Source: Podarcis pityusensis (lineage: Eukaryota). Taken from it: a stretch of DNA of 64,000 nt. Below, piece after piece: positions 13,131 to 25,105 of this stretch (the stretch's first letter is position 1; the number at the start of each line of letters is the position of its first letter). The stretch lies in assembly GCA_964106645.2 (NCBI GenBank), contig OZ067048.1; one strand, 5' to 3'. The notes below the pieces were generated by a model, which saw only the letters and a list, made by a program, of their open reading frames with translations, was not told the DNA's origin and did not search any database. The translations under genes were made by a program, and so were the position numbers.

Positions 13131-13262
13131 CTCTTTACTTACTTCTTCATATTTCTTAAAGTTTAATGGCACTATAGTAAGATGTGGGCAGAGTTTCTTG
13201 GCAATAAACCCAGGCATGGCTGCACGTACCCCAAATCTTCTGGCATGATAATTTGAAGTGGA
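13131..13262 (-). CDS. POLK: POLK exon 5
   Basis: STSNYHARRFGVRAAMPGFIAKKLCPHLTIVPLNFKKYEEVSKE; 132 nt; ttttaag / GTACGT. Confidence 0.96.
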
Positions 13263-14314
13263 CTTAAAAAGACAAGACATACTTTAAAATCATGCACTGA
13301 AGCCATTTTAAATGGCTTGTACATTGCGGTCAGAATACAGTAACTAATTAGGTATGCTGGGTGGAATCTACACATATATTTTTAAAAAGCTGTGAAAATA
13401 TATTTTTTTAAATGTTTTGAAAAATTCATTGATTTTTGCATAGCTCACTTTCACCATCTAGTGTCACATTAATATACTGCACTTTACCACACATTTAAAA
13501 CGTCTTATTTGCAGCTGTATAGCTGAGTCCCTGGGCAAATGTAGAATCACCAAAATCAGTGCAAAAGAAAAAAGATGGCCAATTGCAGCTGACCTGGAGA
13601 TCTAACTAAGCATTTTTAGAAATATTCTGTTAGTATCTTAGGATCTGGCCTAGGTAAGTTCAACTCCATAAATGCAACAGTTTCAACCAGTAGTTCAATA
13701 TAAGCTCAAAGGAGGCGAGTTTACCTACAGATACCAATATATTGAGCCAGTATGGGAAACCTCATTCCTGAGTGCCAAATGTGGTCCTCCATGCCGCTCT
13801 GTTTGGCTCTCAGACTACTCCCCAGGCCACACTCCTCACAGAATCTATTTTGCACCTTTAGTATTTTGGCCTGGATAAAATGTGCCCTTGAACATGCCTC
13901 TTGCTTGTTCAGCTGGAGGACTAACAGGAGCATGTGGCTTTGTATAGAAACTAGCCCACCATATAAAGGTAAAAGTGACATTTGTTGCTCTGCCCACTTT
14001 TGCTGCTGGCCCCACCCACAAATGTCTTGTGGCCTTTGGAAGGTTACCCAGAAAGATTTGTAGTACTCAGGCTGAAAAAGGGTTCCCCTGATGCAGTTAG
14101 ACTGTTTGACTATGGCTATATACACACTCTTGTTTATTATGCATTCAGCGTACTCCCACCACCGGTTTGCCAAAATCTGCAAAATCCACACCTATCCTGT
14201 ATCTGTCTTTTCGTTCCTTAGGAAACACTGTGTTTTGATGTGTTTTCCCCCAAAACCAGCAGCAGTCCAAATTGAGAAAAAGAGTGACTTACCTAGCTAT
14301 GTTTTAAGCCAGTA

Positions 14315-14495
14315 TTATGTACACTGCCAGGTTCAAATCCCCACCCGCCATGAATCTCACTGGGTGTCCTTAGGCCAGTCACTATCTCTTGCCTAACTTA
14401 CTCTACTGGGTTTTCATGAAAATAAATGGTGGTGAGAGAACCATGCATGATACCTTAAACTTACTGAGGGAAAATGTGAGATTAAAATGTAATAA
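14315..14495 (+). mobile_element. Old tRNA/CORE-type SINE (Squam3/MIR-like)
   Basis: B-box GGTTCAAATCCC followed by CTGGGTGTCCTTAGGCCAGTCAC core-like segment. Confidence 0.55.
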
Positions 14496-14627
14496 ACAAA
14501 CAAACATAGTTTTCTGAACTAACTTTTTAGCTTGAATATCTCTTTACCACAAGTTTAGAAACAAGCTACTTGGAAATATCGGGCGGTGTGGGGAGAGAAT
14601 TGTAGCAAATGTTATATTCCACCTTAC

Positions 14628-14780
14628 CAGCATACTCATTGACCCCACTGCTATGGGCTTGTCCCTCAATTCAGGATTGTCTCTCAGTTCAACAGCTGCA
14701 TAAAAGGCATCCATGTCAATGTGTACAATGGTACAGCTAAGATCACGGCTCTGATCTAACTTCATTGCAAGCTTATCCAT
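14628..14780 (-). CDS. POLK: POLK exon 4 (Y-family motif I)
   Basis: [51 protein letters not shown], with the catalytic HIDMDAFY motif; 153 nt; AG/GTAAGG. Confidence 0.97.
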
Positions 14781-15586
14781 CTGCACATAAGTAAATATAT
14801 ACCATTAGATAGAATTAGATAAATTTTCTTGTGGCATACAATGATTCTTATCAATATAACACTCTAAAGGAAAGTAATATAATATACAGAGACAAATGGA
14901 AAAGATATTTCGGTAATCTAGCTGTGCGGGAAAACAGTATCTGATTTGGCCAAGACTATAAGAATAGCTTTGGCACTTTAGACGTTAACTATTTTAGGAG
15001 TGCTTTACAGCTTTACACACAAAGATAAACAATGTAAAGACATAATGGGCCTTGCTTCATGACCTCCCCATGCCATTACAAATCATTCAGTTTGCAATGA
15101 TGTGGAATAAATGACATTACAGCTTCTAATCAATGTCCCAAGTCACTGAGGTTTGTCTTACGAAGCAACCACCACATGGCTTCTATGCTACTTTTTGTTC
15201 GTTTATCGTGGCATGGGAAAATGGTGCACATACATATGGTAATTGTGGTACCAATCTTGCACTCTGTGTATGGGGAAAAGAAGGGCTCAGAGTAACTCAT
15301 ATGAAGCTCTAATATAAACTTAGTATGGCTATTTTATTTATTTAAGCAATTTATGTAATGCTTAACTACAATAGTCTCTAAGCAGTGTACAAGAAATACA
15401 GTACAGAACGGGGTGGTGGTTAAAACTTCATCTAAAATGCCTGCAGAAACAAAGAAGTCTGCAGTAGGTGGCAGAATTTCAACAGGAAGAGGACCTGTCT
15501 GACCTGAATGGGAAGGGAGTTCCACAACATTGGGCCCACAATACTACATGCATGGCTCCCTGTGAATATAAGCCATGCATCTGAAT

Positions 15587-15965
15587 TAGGCCTTGGCGGT
15601 GTATTGATACAACATCCAGGACCAGTATGAGGGGCAGACCATGATGGTGGCTTCACCTTACGGTATATTGGGGGTGAAACCGACGCCGCTTCTGAGTCCC
15701 TCTGCTACCAGTGCCGCTTTCAACATTGGGCCGCTGGTAGCAGAGGGACTCAGGAGCAGTGGTGGTTTTACCCGCGATCTTTAAACAGCTCCCAAACACC
15801 CAGCTGAGCGAGCCCCAATGCCTCAAGTGCAAGCTGGAGAGGTATGGGGCTTGCCCAGCTGGGGGGTGGGAGCCTTCCTGCCCCCCAAAAGAACCTTACA
15901 AAGAAGCTCCGAGGTCCTGCGGGTGAGCAGCAGGGACCCTGGGGCTTGCTCAGCTAAGGGGCGGG
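15587..15965 (+). mobile_element. Truncated relative of the 40621 hAT element
   Basis: Shares CCAGGACC(A/G)GTATGAGG.GCAGACCATGA and TAGCAGAGGGACTCAGGAGCAG blocks; right TIR not seen. Confidence 0.75.
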
Positions 15966-16653
15966 AACCCTCCTTTTCCTATCATGGACTTTGGGTGATT
16001 GGAAGATTTATACATAAATCTACTTGTTGATAATATACCTTATAACATATATTTAAAAACCAACAATATGAATATGAGCATAAGATCTTGAATATAATCA
16101 CAGGTACGGAATAGCTTTTGAAGTAAGGAAGAACAATAATATAAATTTCTCCCACAGTTTTTCTATTCTGTTTTCCTTTTAAACTACCAAATCATTATAT
16201 TAAATCCAATTCCAAAGTGCTCCCAGAATTGCATAATAAATAAAATTAAAGAACCTAAATTTGAATCTATTTTTTCTGTATCTAAACCACTGGTATTTAC
16301 AGATTTTTTTTCCTCAGTCATAATGGTCAAGATTGCTGGGAAGGTATGCACTGACCTCACTCCTCACTCCCACCATGACAAGAATAGAAATTCAACAATA
16401 GCTTCTGAGAGCATTAAAGCTGAAGGTTAGCAGACTTGAAAGACGAGTTGAGGCACTTCAGAAGTATGCACATTGAGTTTGGTCAAGAGATTGCTTCACA
16501 TATCATTCAGGTTTATCAAACAAGCTTTTATTTATTTAAGTGGTAATGCTTTGTCAAAAGTAATCTTAACTTCATGTTTACATAAGAGGCTAATACCATG
16601 GGTTGCCTAAAAATACTTTCCTCTCCTAAATGAATCAAGTTTATACATATTAC

Positions 16654-16773
16654 CTTTATCTGTGCTTTCATAAGCTGTTGGTCGGTTACTTTACTTTTTA
16701 ATTTCAGGATTTTTTCAATTCGCTCATTAACTTGTTGATCCTTCTTCAGCTCATTTTCATAAAATTTAGAACC
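16654..16773 (-). CDS. POLK: POLK exon 3
   Basis: GSKFYENELKKDQQVNERIEKILKLKSKVTDQQLMKAQIK; 120 nt; ttttgcag acceptor, GTAATA donor. Confidence 0.95.
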
Positions 16774-17531
16774 CTGCAAAATAGATTTAAATTATTTAAT
16801 ATCCATCATTAGCCTTATCTAGTCTAGTGCAGTTTGATATAATTCTTACATAATTATTTTTAAGTTATAGAGAACATTAAAAACACATTTTAAAAATTTA
16901 GTCAGCCCCAGTATTTGTTACACCAGCTTTCAGGATGCCAGACATCACAGCAGTTAGCAGCAAATGAAGGTGGAAGTGGAGTCACTCAATAAAAATTATA
17001 TGAAGATACACAGAGCACCAGCAAAAGACGCTGCCTGAATATTAATTTGCACACACATTTTGTTTGTGTGATGATGCATTATTTTTGATAAGCCACTGAG
17101 CAACATGGTAAAATGTTATAAATATTGCACTAGGCTAGCATAATGTTACCAAACACAACATTTCATAGGCATTGCAACATTACATCTGTGTTACATGCAC
17201 AATATTCAAAATTTGCACAGAAGGCAGCAATTTTAAAAAGCAATCAATTATTTGGCATCTCACACTGATTAGAAATAATTCAGCTTCATTTTAATTTACA
17301 GCGTGCCTAAAATTTGATAAGCACTGCACAGAGATTAAAGATGAGTCAGTACTTGCCTGCAGACATATTCTCTTAACACAGATACACATCCCCCCAAAAA
17401 ATGGATGTGGACGATACCTTGCCTTCTTCACTAAACAATAAAGCATGCTAGTAAAAACCCTACAGTTTTTATTGAATGTAGTCAATACCTGTGAATAGCT
17501 AAAGCATTTGTGAGAGTTTATACAAACAAAC

Positions 17532-17666
17532 CTTGGAAGCTTCCATTATGATTTTGTTGATCTTCTCCTTATCCAGCCCCTGCATTCCAGCTTTGTTATC
17601 ATTGAGGCCCAGTCTAAGCAGAAGTCCCTCTCTGGAAGAAGCATTGCCTTTATCTGCATTTTCCAT
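17532..17666 (-). CDS. POLK: POLK exon 2 (first coding exon; ATG at 17666; exon probably extends as 5'UTR to acceptor at 17702-17703)
   Basis: Encodes MENADKGNASSREGLLLRLGLNDNKAGMQGLDKEKINKIIMEASK (Pol kappa N-clasp); 135 coding nt; donor AAG|GTTTGT; acceptor tttgttttttttcag. Confidence 0.95.
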
Positions 17667-17740
17667 TGCACAACCAACTGAACAGATTCTCAGTTCTTGC
17701 CCTGAAAAAAACAAACTGCATAATTTTGCTAGATGTACTA

Positions 17741-17982
17741 CAGTGGTACCTCAGGTTACATACACTTCAGGTTACATATGCTTCAGGTTACATACGCTTC
17801 AGGTTACAGACTCCGCTAACCCAGAAATACTACCTCGGTTTAAGAACTTTGCTTCAGGATGAGAATAGAAATCGTGCAGCGGTGGCGCAGCGACAGCAGG
17901 AGTGGTGCATCAGATTAAGAACAGTTTCAGGTTAAGAACGGACCTCCAGAACAAATTAAGTACTTAACCCGAGGTACCACTG
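17741..17982 (+). mobile_element. Tigger-like MITE (same family as 4054)
   Basis: Same TIRs; TA TSD; tandem 16-nt CTTCAGGTTACATA(C/T)(A/G) subterminal repeats. Confidence 0.9.
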
Positions 17983-20407
17983 TACTGACATTATCACATC
18001 ATAATGCTACAGTACAAGAGAGGGGAACCTTTTTATGTGGCCCGTGGATGCCCTCCCTGTTGGTTGTGGCAACTCCTCTGCTACTGTGGCAGTGTCAGCA
18101 GAGCTATCAGTGCTCTGAAGTCTGGCCCTTTCTTCCCTACTATTCAGCTGTGGTGGTAACATCAGGAGACAACAGCCTCGCTACAAAGAATTGTGGGTGT
18201 GAAATACAGTAGTGACTACTGCTGCTCTATGAATGCTCAAAAGTGTACTCAGTGCTGTAATGGTTCGGTTCCACAGCACACATTAGGGGCTGGACTCCTG
18301 TTCATTCCATTTGCCAGCCCCCTGCTGTTCTCCTATTCTCCTAAAGTTTCCCCTTCCCACTCCATGCAACCACCAAGCTTGCTTTTCAACTTCCCAGTTC
18401 CATATCTGAAGCCACTTCTCTTCTATTCTGCAGCCCTGCTTTGCACTCCTTTTCACCTTCAGCCCCCATCTTCATGCTTCCCCACTCCTTTTGTGCAATC
18501 CCCTGCACACAAACCACCCCGTGGTAACCTCCTACAACATCCTCCTGTCACTCAATGCAGCTACTAAGCACCCTTTTCACCTTCTACCCAATTATGAAGC
18601 AGAAGAAGCGTGTCTCGTATCTCAGGGAGCTGCCAAGATTTCCCTTTACAGTATATAATGTAAATAACTGTACTTCATATTATTATAGATTTATTTTACT
18701 TTTTGAATGGATTGTATACACCTTTAGAACCATAGCCCAAAAGATAAAAATAAAAATAGGAAAAATAAGTCAATTGCATTGGAAGATTTTCAGTACATGA
18801 ATTTCGATCTGCTAAATTTCTATGGTAACAACATAGAGCACAGGAATATTTTCTATACTACCAAAGTTGGTAAAGTTCAGTTATGATTATGTTACTTAAG
18901 AATGTTTATACTAAATGTCTATCCTTTCAAATTCTTCATTCTACTGAATTCTAATTCTTTGACTTTTCTTCAAGTGGAGTACTAATCTTTATTTTATAAA
19001 GAGGTATCCTTAAAGCAGATTTTTAGCTAACTATTAAAGTGAAACTCAATTCAGCAAAAGGCATTCACCAAAGCTTAAGGATCATCAAACCACCTCCACC
19101 CATATCTGGGCTCCTAAATACAAGAATCCTAGAGAGGCACTGTTTGTATCCACTCATAAAATCCTTTGGAACAATCAGGAGCATTCTTTCCACTCAATAG
19201 AGCTTTTGCAATTTTTAAGAGCCCTGGTGGAACACAAGATTCTTGTCAGTTTCAAGAATAGTAATAATGTCAAGGAGAAAGTGTGATTAGCTTGCATGTG
19301 CTCAGGAGCTTAGGATGTTTGGTTTGCCTTCGGCTCTTTCAGATGAATGGCTAAAACTACAGCATTGTTATAGCCTTCATTTAGCAATGAGAGCAAGCGT
19401 AAGCATCTTAAGCACAGCTTGTAATGCACAATATATTATAGTGTACAACTGAATATTTTTAACCATAGACTAGTAAAACTGAAGTTCTAGGCATAATTTC
19501 CTTCAAATGGTTGTAGTTCAGAGTGATCTTTTGATAGCATTAATCTAGGCTAGCATTTTTCAATTATGACAGGTTATTCAGATTATTTTGGTTCCATCAG
19601 AGCTGACAAGAACTTGAATACAAATCCTTTAGGCTTCCCTTGCACCCACACACGTACCATTTGGCATATACAAATGTGGATGGAGAAAATCTTAGCTTGA
19701 AGCTATAGAGAAAGCAAGGCTTAAAATGCTTTAGAAATAAGATTATGTTGAAGCATCAACAAATAGGGCAACTGTAATTTATGAGACAATGAAACGTGCC
19801 AAAATGTAATATAGGTTTTTCATTTGTTTTCTAAATGGTAGTAACATCCATAGACAATGGCCTGTATACCTCCTCTTCTCCTTAAGTTATAAAAGTATCC
19901 AAAGTATCTGCATAGTTTGAATTTGTGAAGTCATGGAACTGAAAGCCCTTTGCCACTGAGCTACTGCAGCCCAGCCAGTAGCTTTGTGCCACAGAAGTTA
20001 ATGGAGAGTTTATTTTACACCAATCAATTTAATGGGGACTATTCATTCTTACTGTAAAAACAAAATACTGTAGACCTGATGTGAGGGACATTGAGAAGGA
20101 AAGAAACTGAAAGAGGGAGGAATGTAAGAGATACACTACCCCTTTCCCAGCAGCCCCTCCAATATACTTGCTCTTCCTGGTTGTCATAATTTCAGACACC
20201 TCAGTACCATGTATAGGATGTGGAGGGAACAGAGAAAGCCCTCTAAGTACACACCTTCAAGATAAGCAATTATGTAATTTGCTCAGTTAATTGTCAAGGG
20301 TAAAATTGTAAATCCAACCTGTAATTAGCTATATACCCAGGACAGTGTTGCAAATTACTATTACTGTGGGAAACACACCTTTGTTTTCAGCAGCAAAGAT
20401 GCCAAAT

Positions 20408-20460
20408 GGTTGGACTAGATGGCCCCTGTAGTCTCTTTCCAACTCAACAATTCTATTATT
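20408..20460 (+). mobile_element. CR1-type 3' tail fragment
   Basis: GGTTGGACTAGATGGCC...TTCCAACTC..AATTCT. Confidence 0.6.
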
Positions 20461-20742
20461 TCCATCTACATTTGCCTATAAATGGTCATGTAGGTATTTC
20501 TGGAAACCTGGCCCAATCAAACTGTGCAAGGCTATTTTTATTTATTTATCTTATCTTATTTTATTTATTAATAGAGATTAATTTGCCTAGATCAGAAGCT
20601 GTTGGGTATCAGGCCTAGGCTACCACCTATACACGGAAAGCTTCTACAGTTAGAAGCAGAGGGTGAACAGTAATCCTCCCACAACTACAAATCTCTTGCC
20701 CATCACCCATTACAGTAATCAAGCTGGATGTGTGTCACAATA

Positions 20743-20982
20743 CAGTGGTACCTTGGTTTACAAACTTAATCCATTCCGGAAGTCCGTTCTTAAACCAAAA
20801 CTTTCTTAAACCAAGGCGTGCTTTCCCATAGCAACAGGGGACTCAATTTACAAATGGAACACACTCAACATGTTCTGCTTCCAAGGCAAAGTTCACAAAC
20901 CAAAACACCTACTTCCGGGTTTGTAGTGTTCTTAATCCAAGTTGTTCATAAACTAAGCTGTTCTTAAACCAAGGTACCACTG
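20743..20982 (-). mobile_element. Tigger-like MITE, reverse orientation
   Basis: TIR CAGTGGTACCTTGGTTTA / TAAACCAAGGTACCACTG; TA TSD. Confidence 0.88.
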
Positions 20983-21036
20983 TAGTGCTAAAGGGGAAAT
21001 TATCCCCACAGCTCTTCATCTGTAAGCAGCCAAAGG

Positions 21037-21390
21037 AAAGGGAAAGGGAACCCTGACCGTTAGGTCCAGTCGCAGACGACTCTGGGGTTGCAGCACTCAT
21101 CTCGCTTTATTGGCCGAGGGAGCCGGCATACAGCTTCCGGGTCATGTGGCCAGCATGACTAAGCTGCTTCTGGCGAACCAGAGCAGCGCACAGAAACGGC
21201 GTTCCTTACCTTCCTACCTTTACCTCCTACCTTATCTACTTGCACTTTGACGTGCTTTCGAACTGCTAGGTGGGCAGGAGCAGGGACTGAGCAACGGGAG
21301 CTCACCCCGTGGTGGGGATTCAAACCGCCGACCTTCTGATCAGCAAGCCCTAGGCTCTGTGGTTTAGGCCAAAGCGCCACCTGCGTCCCA
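21037..21390 (-). mobile_element. Sauria SINE
   Basis: Homologous to the 9049 copy; TSD TAAGCAGCCAAAGG at 21023-21036 and 21391-21404. Confidence 0.9.
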
Positions 21391-22887
21391 TAAGCAGCCA
21401 AAGGTTTGTTTAAAAATAAATAGCAAATTAATTTACATTGGGAATTCAGGTGTCAGGTTACATACTGCAACAGGAAACATATTCCCTAAAAGTTGCTTTT
21501 CCAAACTCTCCAAAGTAGCAATTTAGCAACATTTCTAGGCAAAACATTATTCCTGGTTTGTTGGCTTTGCACTGGAAATTATCCTAAGATTTCTAACAAG
21601 GCAAAGGGCAGCAAAAGGGGAACAATTGTTCTTCACTTCCTTATGGCAACCCTTCTAAAATACCTTGTCATTAATACTATTTTCGCAAGGCAGGCAATTC
21701 TTCCTTTCCTATTTCTTACAGCCAATTTCTCACATTCTTATCTATTTCTACTCTCCTCTGAACTGTCGCCAGTTTGTCTGCATCCTCCTTAGGTGTGGCT
21801 ATCAACACAAGACAAAATCGTTCCAGCAAAAGCATGATCAAAGCCAAGCAGAAGATGGTTACTCCCTAAGTGGTGGATGCTGTGTTTCTATTAATGCAAC
21901 TCAAAACAGTATTTTTTGTCTAAAACAATAGATCAGGCTATTAGTTTGCTATGTTTTTTTTTACTGTCATTTAAAAATAGGCTTGATATAATTTCAAATC
22001 TTCATCCACCCTAGATCAAGCTTCATAAATAATTCCCAAAATTCCTATTTTCTGCAACAAGATCCCTGCCACCAGATCTTCCTGTTTCTTTAAGTAATAT
22101 TGTTTCCTCTTCTACAAAGACTTGTTCTAATGCAATCTTGCAAAGAAGCCCACAAAAGTTAATAGCCTACAAACAAATTTACCAGCCCTCTTATCCACAG
22201 GATAGTTAAAAATAAAATAAAAAGAACTTCTATCAGAGAGGTCTTGCACCAGCCTATTTAGTTCCTGTGCTAGATGTGCATAAAGGGGCTTTCCTGCTCC
22301 ATGGCTATTATGGAGACCAAATAAATATATCATGATTCTACCAGGTCACTTACTCATCTGCATGGAATTTCTGCAGCAGGATTCTTGGCAAGGCTATTCA
22401 TTATCTTTAATACCAGAGGTAGTTTGTCTCTGAATACCAGTTGTTGGTATAAATAGGGGAGAACTGTAACATTTTTCTGCAATAGTGGGCTTCCTACAGG
22501 CATCTGGCTGGCCACTGTGAGAACAAAATGCTGCGCTAGATAGGCTATTGATTTGACACAGCAGCTACCAGGTTGAGTTGCTGAAAACCTTGGAGCTACC
22601 ACAAAGCCTTTTTGGAAGTGGCATCTGAGTCGCAAAACAAATTCTGCAAAGATGCCTCTCCAGTCCCTTCTTTACAGCCTTTTTGGTAACAGGGGAAGAT
22701 TTTCTGAGGTTTTTAAGCAGTTTTTTAACACCATACTGCAAACTATTTTATGCTTTTATTAGGAAGTTATTTTATTGTTTTGTTTTTTAAATGTATTTAT
22801 TAAATTTTCAGATATACATTTTCCATCATTAAATACACAACAGTACATCCAATGACTTCCCTTCTTCTCTTTCCATGGTTCCTTGTA

Positions 22888-23113
22888 CAGTGGTACCTCT
22901 GGTTACAAACTTAATTCGTTCTGGAGGTCCATTCTTAAACTGAAACTGTTCTTATCCTGAGGCGTGCTTTCGCTAATGGAGCCTCCTGCTGCACGTGCAC
23001 CTCCAGTGCATGATTTCTGTTTGCAGCCTGGGGCAAAGTTCACAACCAGGAGCAGCTACTTCCGGGTTAGTGGCACTCGTAACCTGAAGCGTTCGTAACC
23101 AGAGGTACCACTA
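22888..23113 (-). mobile_element. Tigger-like MITE, reverse orientation
   Basis: TIR CAGTGGTACCTCTGGTTAC / GTAACCAGAGGTACCACTA; TA TSD; body is similar to the reverse complement of the 17741 copy. Confidence 0.86.
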
Positions 23114-23167
23114 TACTTCCAAAAGTAACTGCATAGTCTATTTCCTCCATCTAGTTCCCCCCTTCAG

Positions 23168-23474
23168 CAATGGTGGAAGCCTCTTGGGCACCTGGGGCAG
23201 TGCGCCCAGGGGCAGGGCGAACTGCCTATAGGGATGGGGGGCGCGGCGCCCTTAGGGAGGGGCGGGACGGGTCCCGCCACAGGGCCTCAGCCGCCCTAAA
23301 GCTGGGGGGGGGGGGAGAGTGGGAGGACAGTGTGGAGCCTATGGGCGCCGGAGGTGTGTGGCTCTAGTGCGCTGCAGGCCCCATAGTGAGTGCCGCCTGC
23401 CATTTTGTCACCCCCCTCAGTGGGGACACCCAGAGCAGATCACACCTACTGCACCCCCCCTTGCTACACCCCTG
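23168..23474. mobile_element. GC-rich hAT-like non-autonomous element
   Basis: Right end CCCCCCCTTGCTACACCCCTG; CpG-rich body sharply bounded by AT-rich DNA; TSD degenerate. Confidence 0.55.
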
Positions 23475-24335
23475 CCCTTTCCTTTATATCTTAATCTACA
23501 TTATACTGTTGAATGTAGATTAAGATATAATGGGGAATGGGAAAACAGCTGGAGGAAATCAAATATACAGGTAGTTATTTTGGGGCAGGGGGTTGCTGCC
23601 TTTTATTGTTGATTACTAAGCTTTAATTATTACTGCATACGGTCTTGTGATTCTAGTATGTTTGCTGTCAGCCACCCCATGCGTGTTTATCGATAGGTGG
23701 CTATAATAAGTCTAATAAAGAACTTCGTGTCACTGGCTACCTGTGAAGAGGGCAGCGTATACCGCAAGATGCATTTTAGTTCCTTAAGGCTGGATGATTT
23801 TGCACACTCCCCCCAAAATGAGAAATTGCTTTTCCCTGCTCTAGCCTAGTCCAAAACCAAGCACATTTCTCATCCCCCCACAATTAGCAGCGCCACAAAA
23901 TGTCATGGTAAAATAAATAAAAATCTGAAATCGGCTTCTGCCACTTGGGAACGAACCATGGCAACAGAGGCGTCGCTGCCTGTCTCTTACGGAGCGAGCC
24001 TGCTGTGCATGTTTCCTCAGAAGTAACTATTTCTCCCACGTAGCTATTGCAAAGGACTGCAGTTTCCCTTTCCTTCGGTTTAAGCGTTGGTTATGCACAC
24101 ACTACATATGCACGGCTGCCCGGAGCCACTAAAACCCCCTATATGTGTTTATCTGCCTATATGTGGCTACACAGGCAGCTGCCCCATTGCTGAGAAGGAA
24201 CTCCTTCGCTTCCCTTCCCATATTTGTTTCTAAACGAGGTGTGGAGAGAAAAGTTCCCTTTCAGGGGAGGCGAGAAGAGCAATATAGCAGGCGAAGGGAA
24301 AGCAAAGCTCAGGTAGACACACCTCAGTCTCTCAC

Positions 24336-24440
24336 CAGCCCCCGCTTCCGCAACAATTAAGCCGCGCCAAGATGGCGACCACCCGAGGCTTTAGAAAAGA
24401 GAACGGACGACGGCCGGCGTCTTGAGAATCCCGCGCCCAA
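24336..24440 (-). other. POLK: Candidate non-coding POLK exon 1 (5'UTR); TSS not determinable
   Basis: Minus-strand donor CTG|GTGAGA at 24335 inside the CpG island; an alternative donor TCC|GTAAGA lies at 23990. Position inferred from the known head-to-head layout. Confidence 0.4.
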
Positions 24441-24705
24441 GAACTACAGCACCCAAGAAGCCCCGAGGAACGCGACGACTCGCTGGTTCCACCGACCCCG
24501 CCCCGTTTCCCAGAGGGCAGCGCGCCGCCAGAAAGCAACCCCTCAGCGGACTACACCTCCCAGCATGCCGTTACCCAAAAGCCTTCGCTGCCAGGGCGGG
24601 TAGGGCTTGGCGAATTATAGTGGCTGAGAGCGAGTTTCTCGAGTAAGATGGCGGCGGGAGCGGTGGCGGCGGCAGCAGCAGCAGCGTCGCTTTGAGGAAA
24701 GAGAC

Positions 24706-24724
24706 GAGAGAGAGAGAGAGAGAG
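24706..24724. repeat. (GA)n microsatellite in the probable CERT1 5'UTR
   Basis: Direct reading. Confidence 0.85.
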
Positions 24725-25009
24725 GCGAGCGCTCGCTCCGCGGCGTGGCTGCTTCAGATGGTCGGCACTATCTGCCAGCGTGCGCTGAGCGGGGTTGGGG
24801 GTTAAGTCGGGCGCTGCGGTCCCGGCGTCGGCCAGAAGGGGACAGGCAGAAGGGCTGGGGCGGCGTCGGCGACAGCAGCAGCAGCGAGAGCAGCGGCAGG
24901 AGCAACAGCGGAGCCTCGCGGAGAGAGGCGCCAGGCAGGTAGAGCGAGCTCCCGCGGCGGCCTCGTCGCTTCGCTGCCCGCTGGCAACGGCTGTGAGGGA
25001 GGCGCCTCC

Positions 25010-25105
25010 ATGTCGGACAACCAAAGCTGGAATTCCTCGGGCTCCGAAGAGGATCCCGAGACCGAGTCCGGGCCGCCTGTTGAGCTCTGCGGAGTCCTCA
25101 GCAAG
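25010..25105 (+). CDS. CERT1: CERT1 (COL4A3BP/GPBP/STARD11) coding exon 1
   Basis: [32 protein letters not shown]; 96 nt; donor AAG|GTAAGG. Confidence 0.97.
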
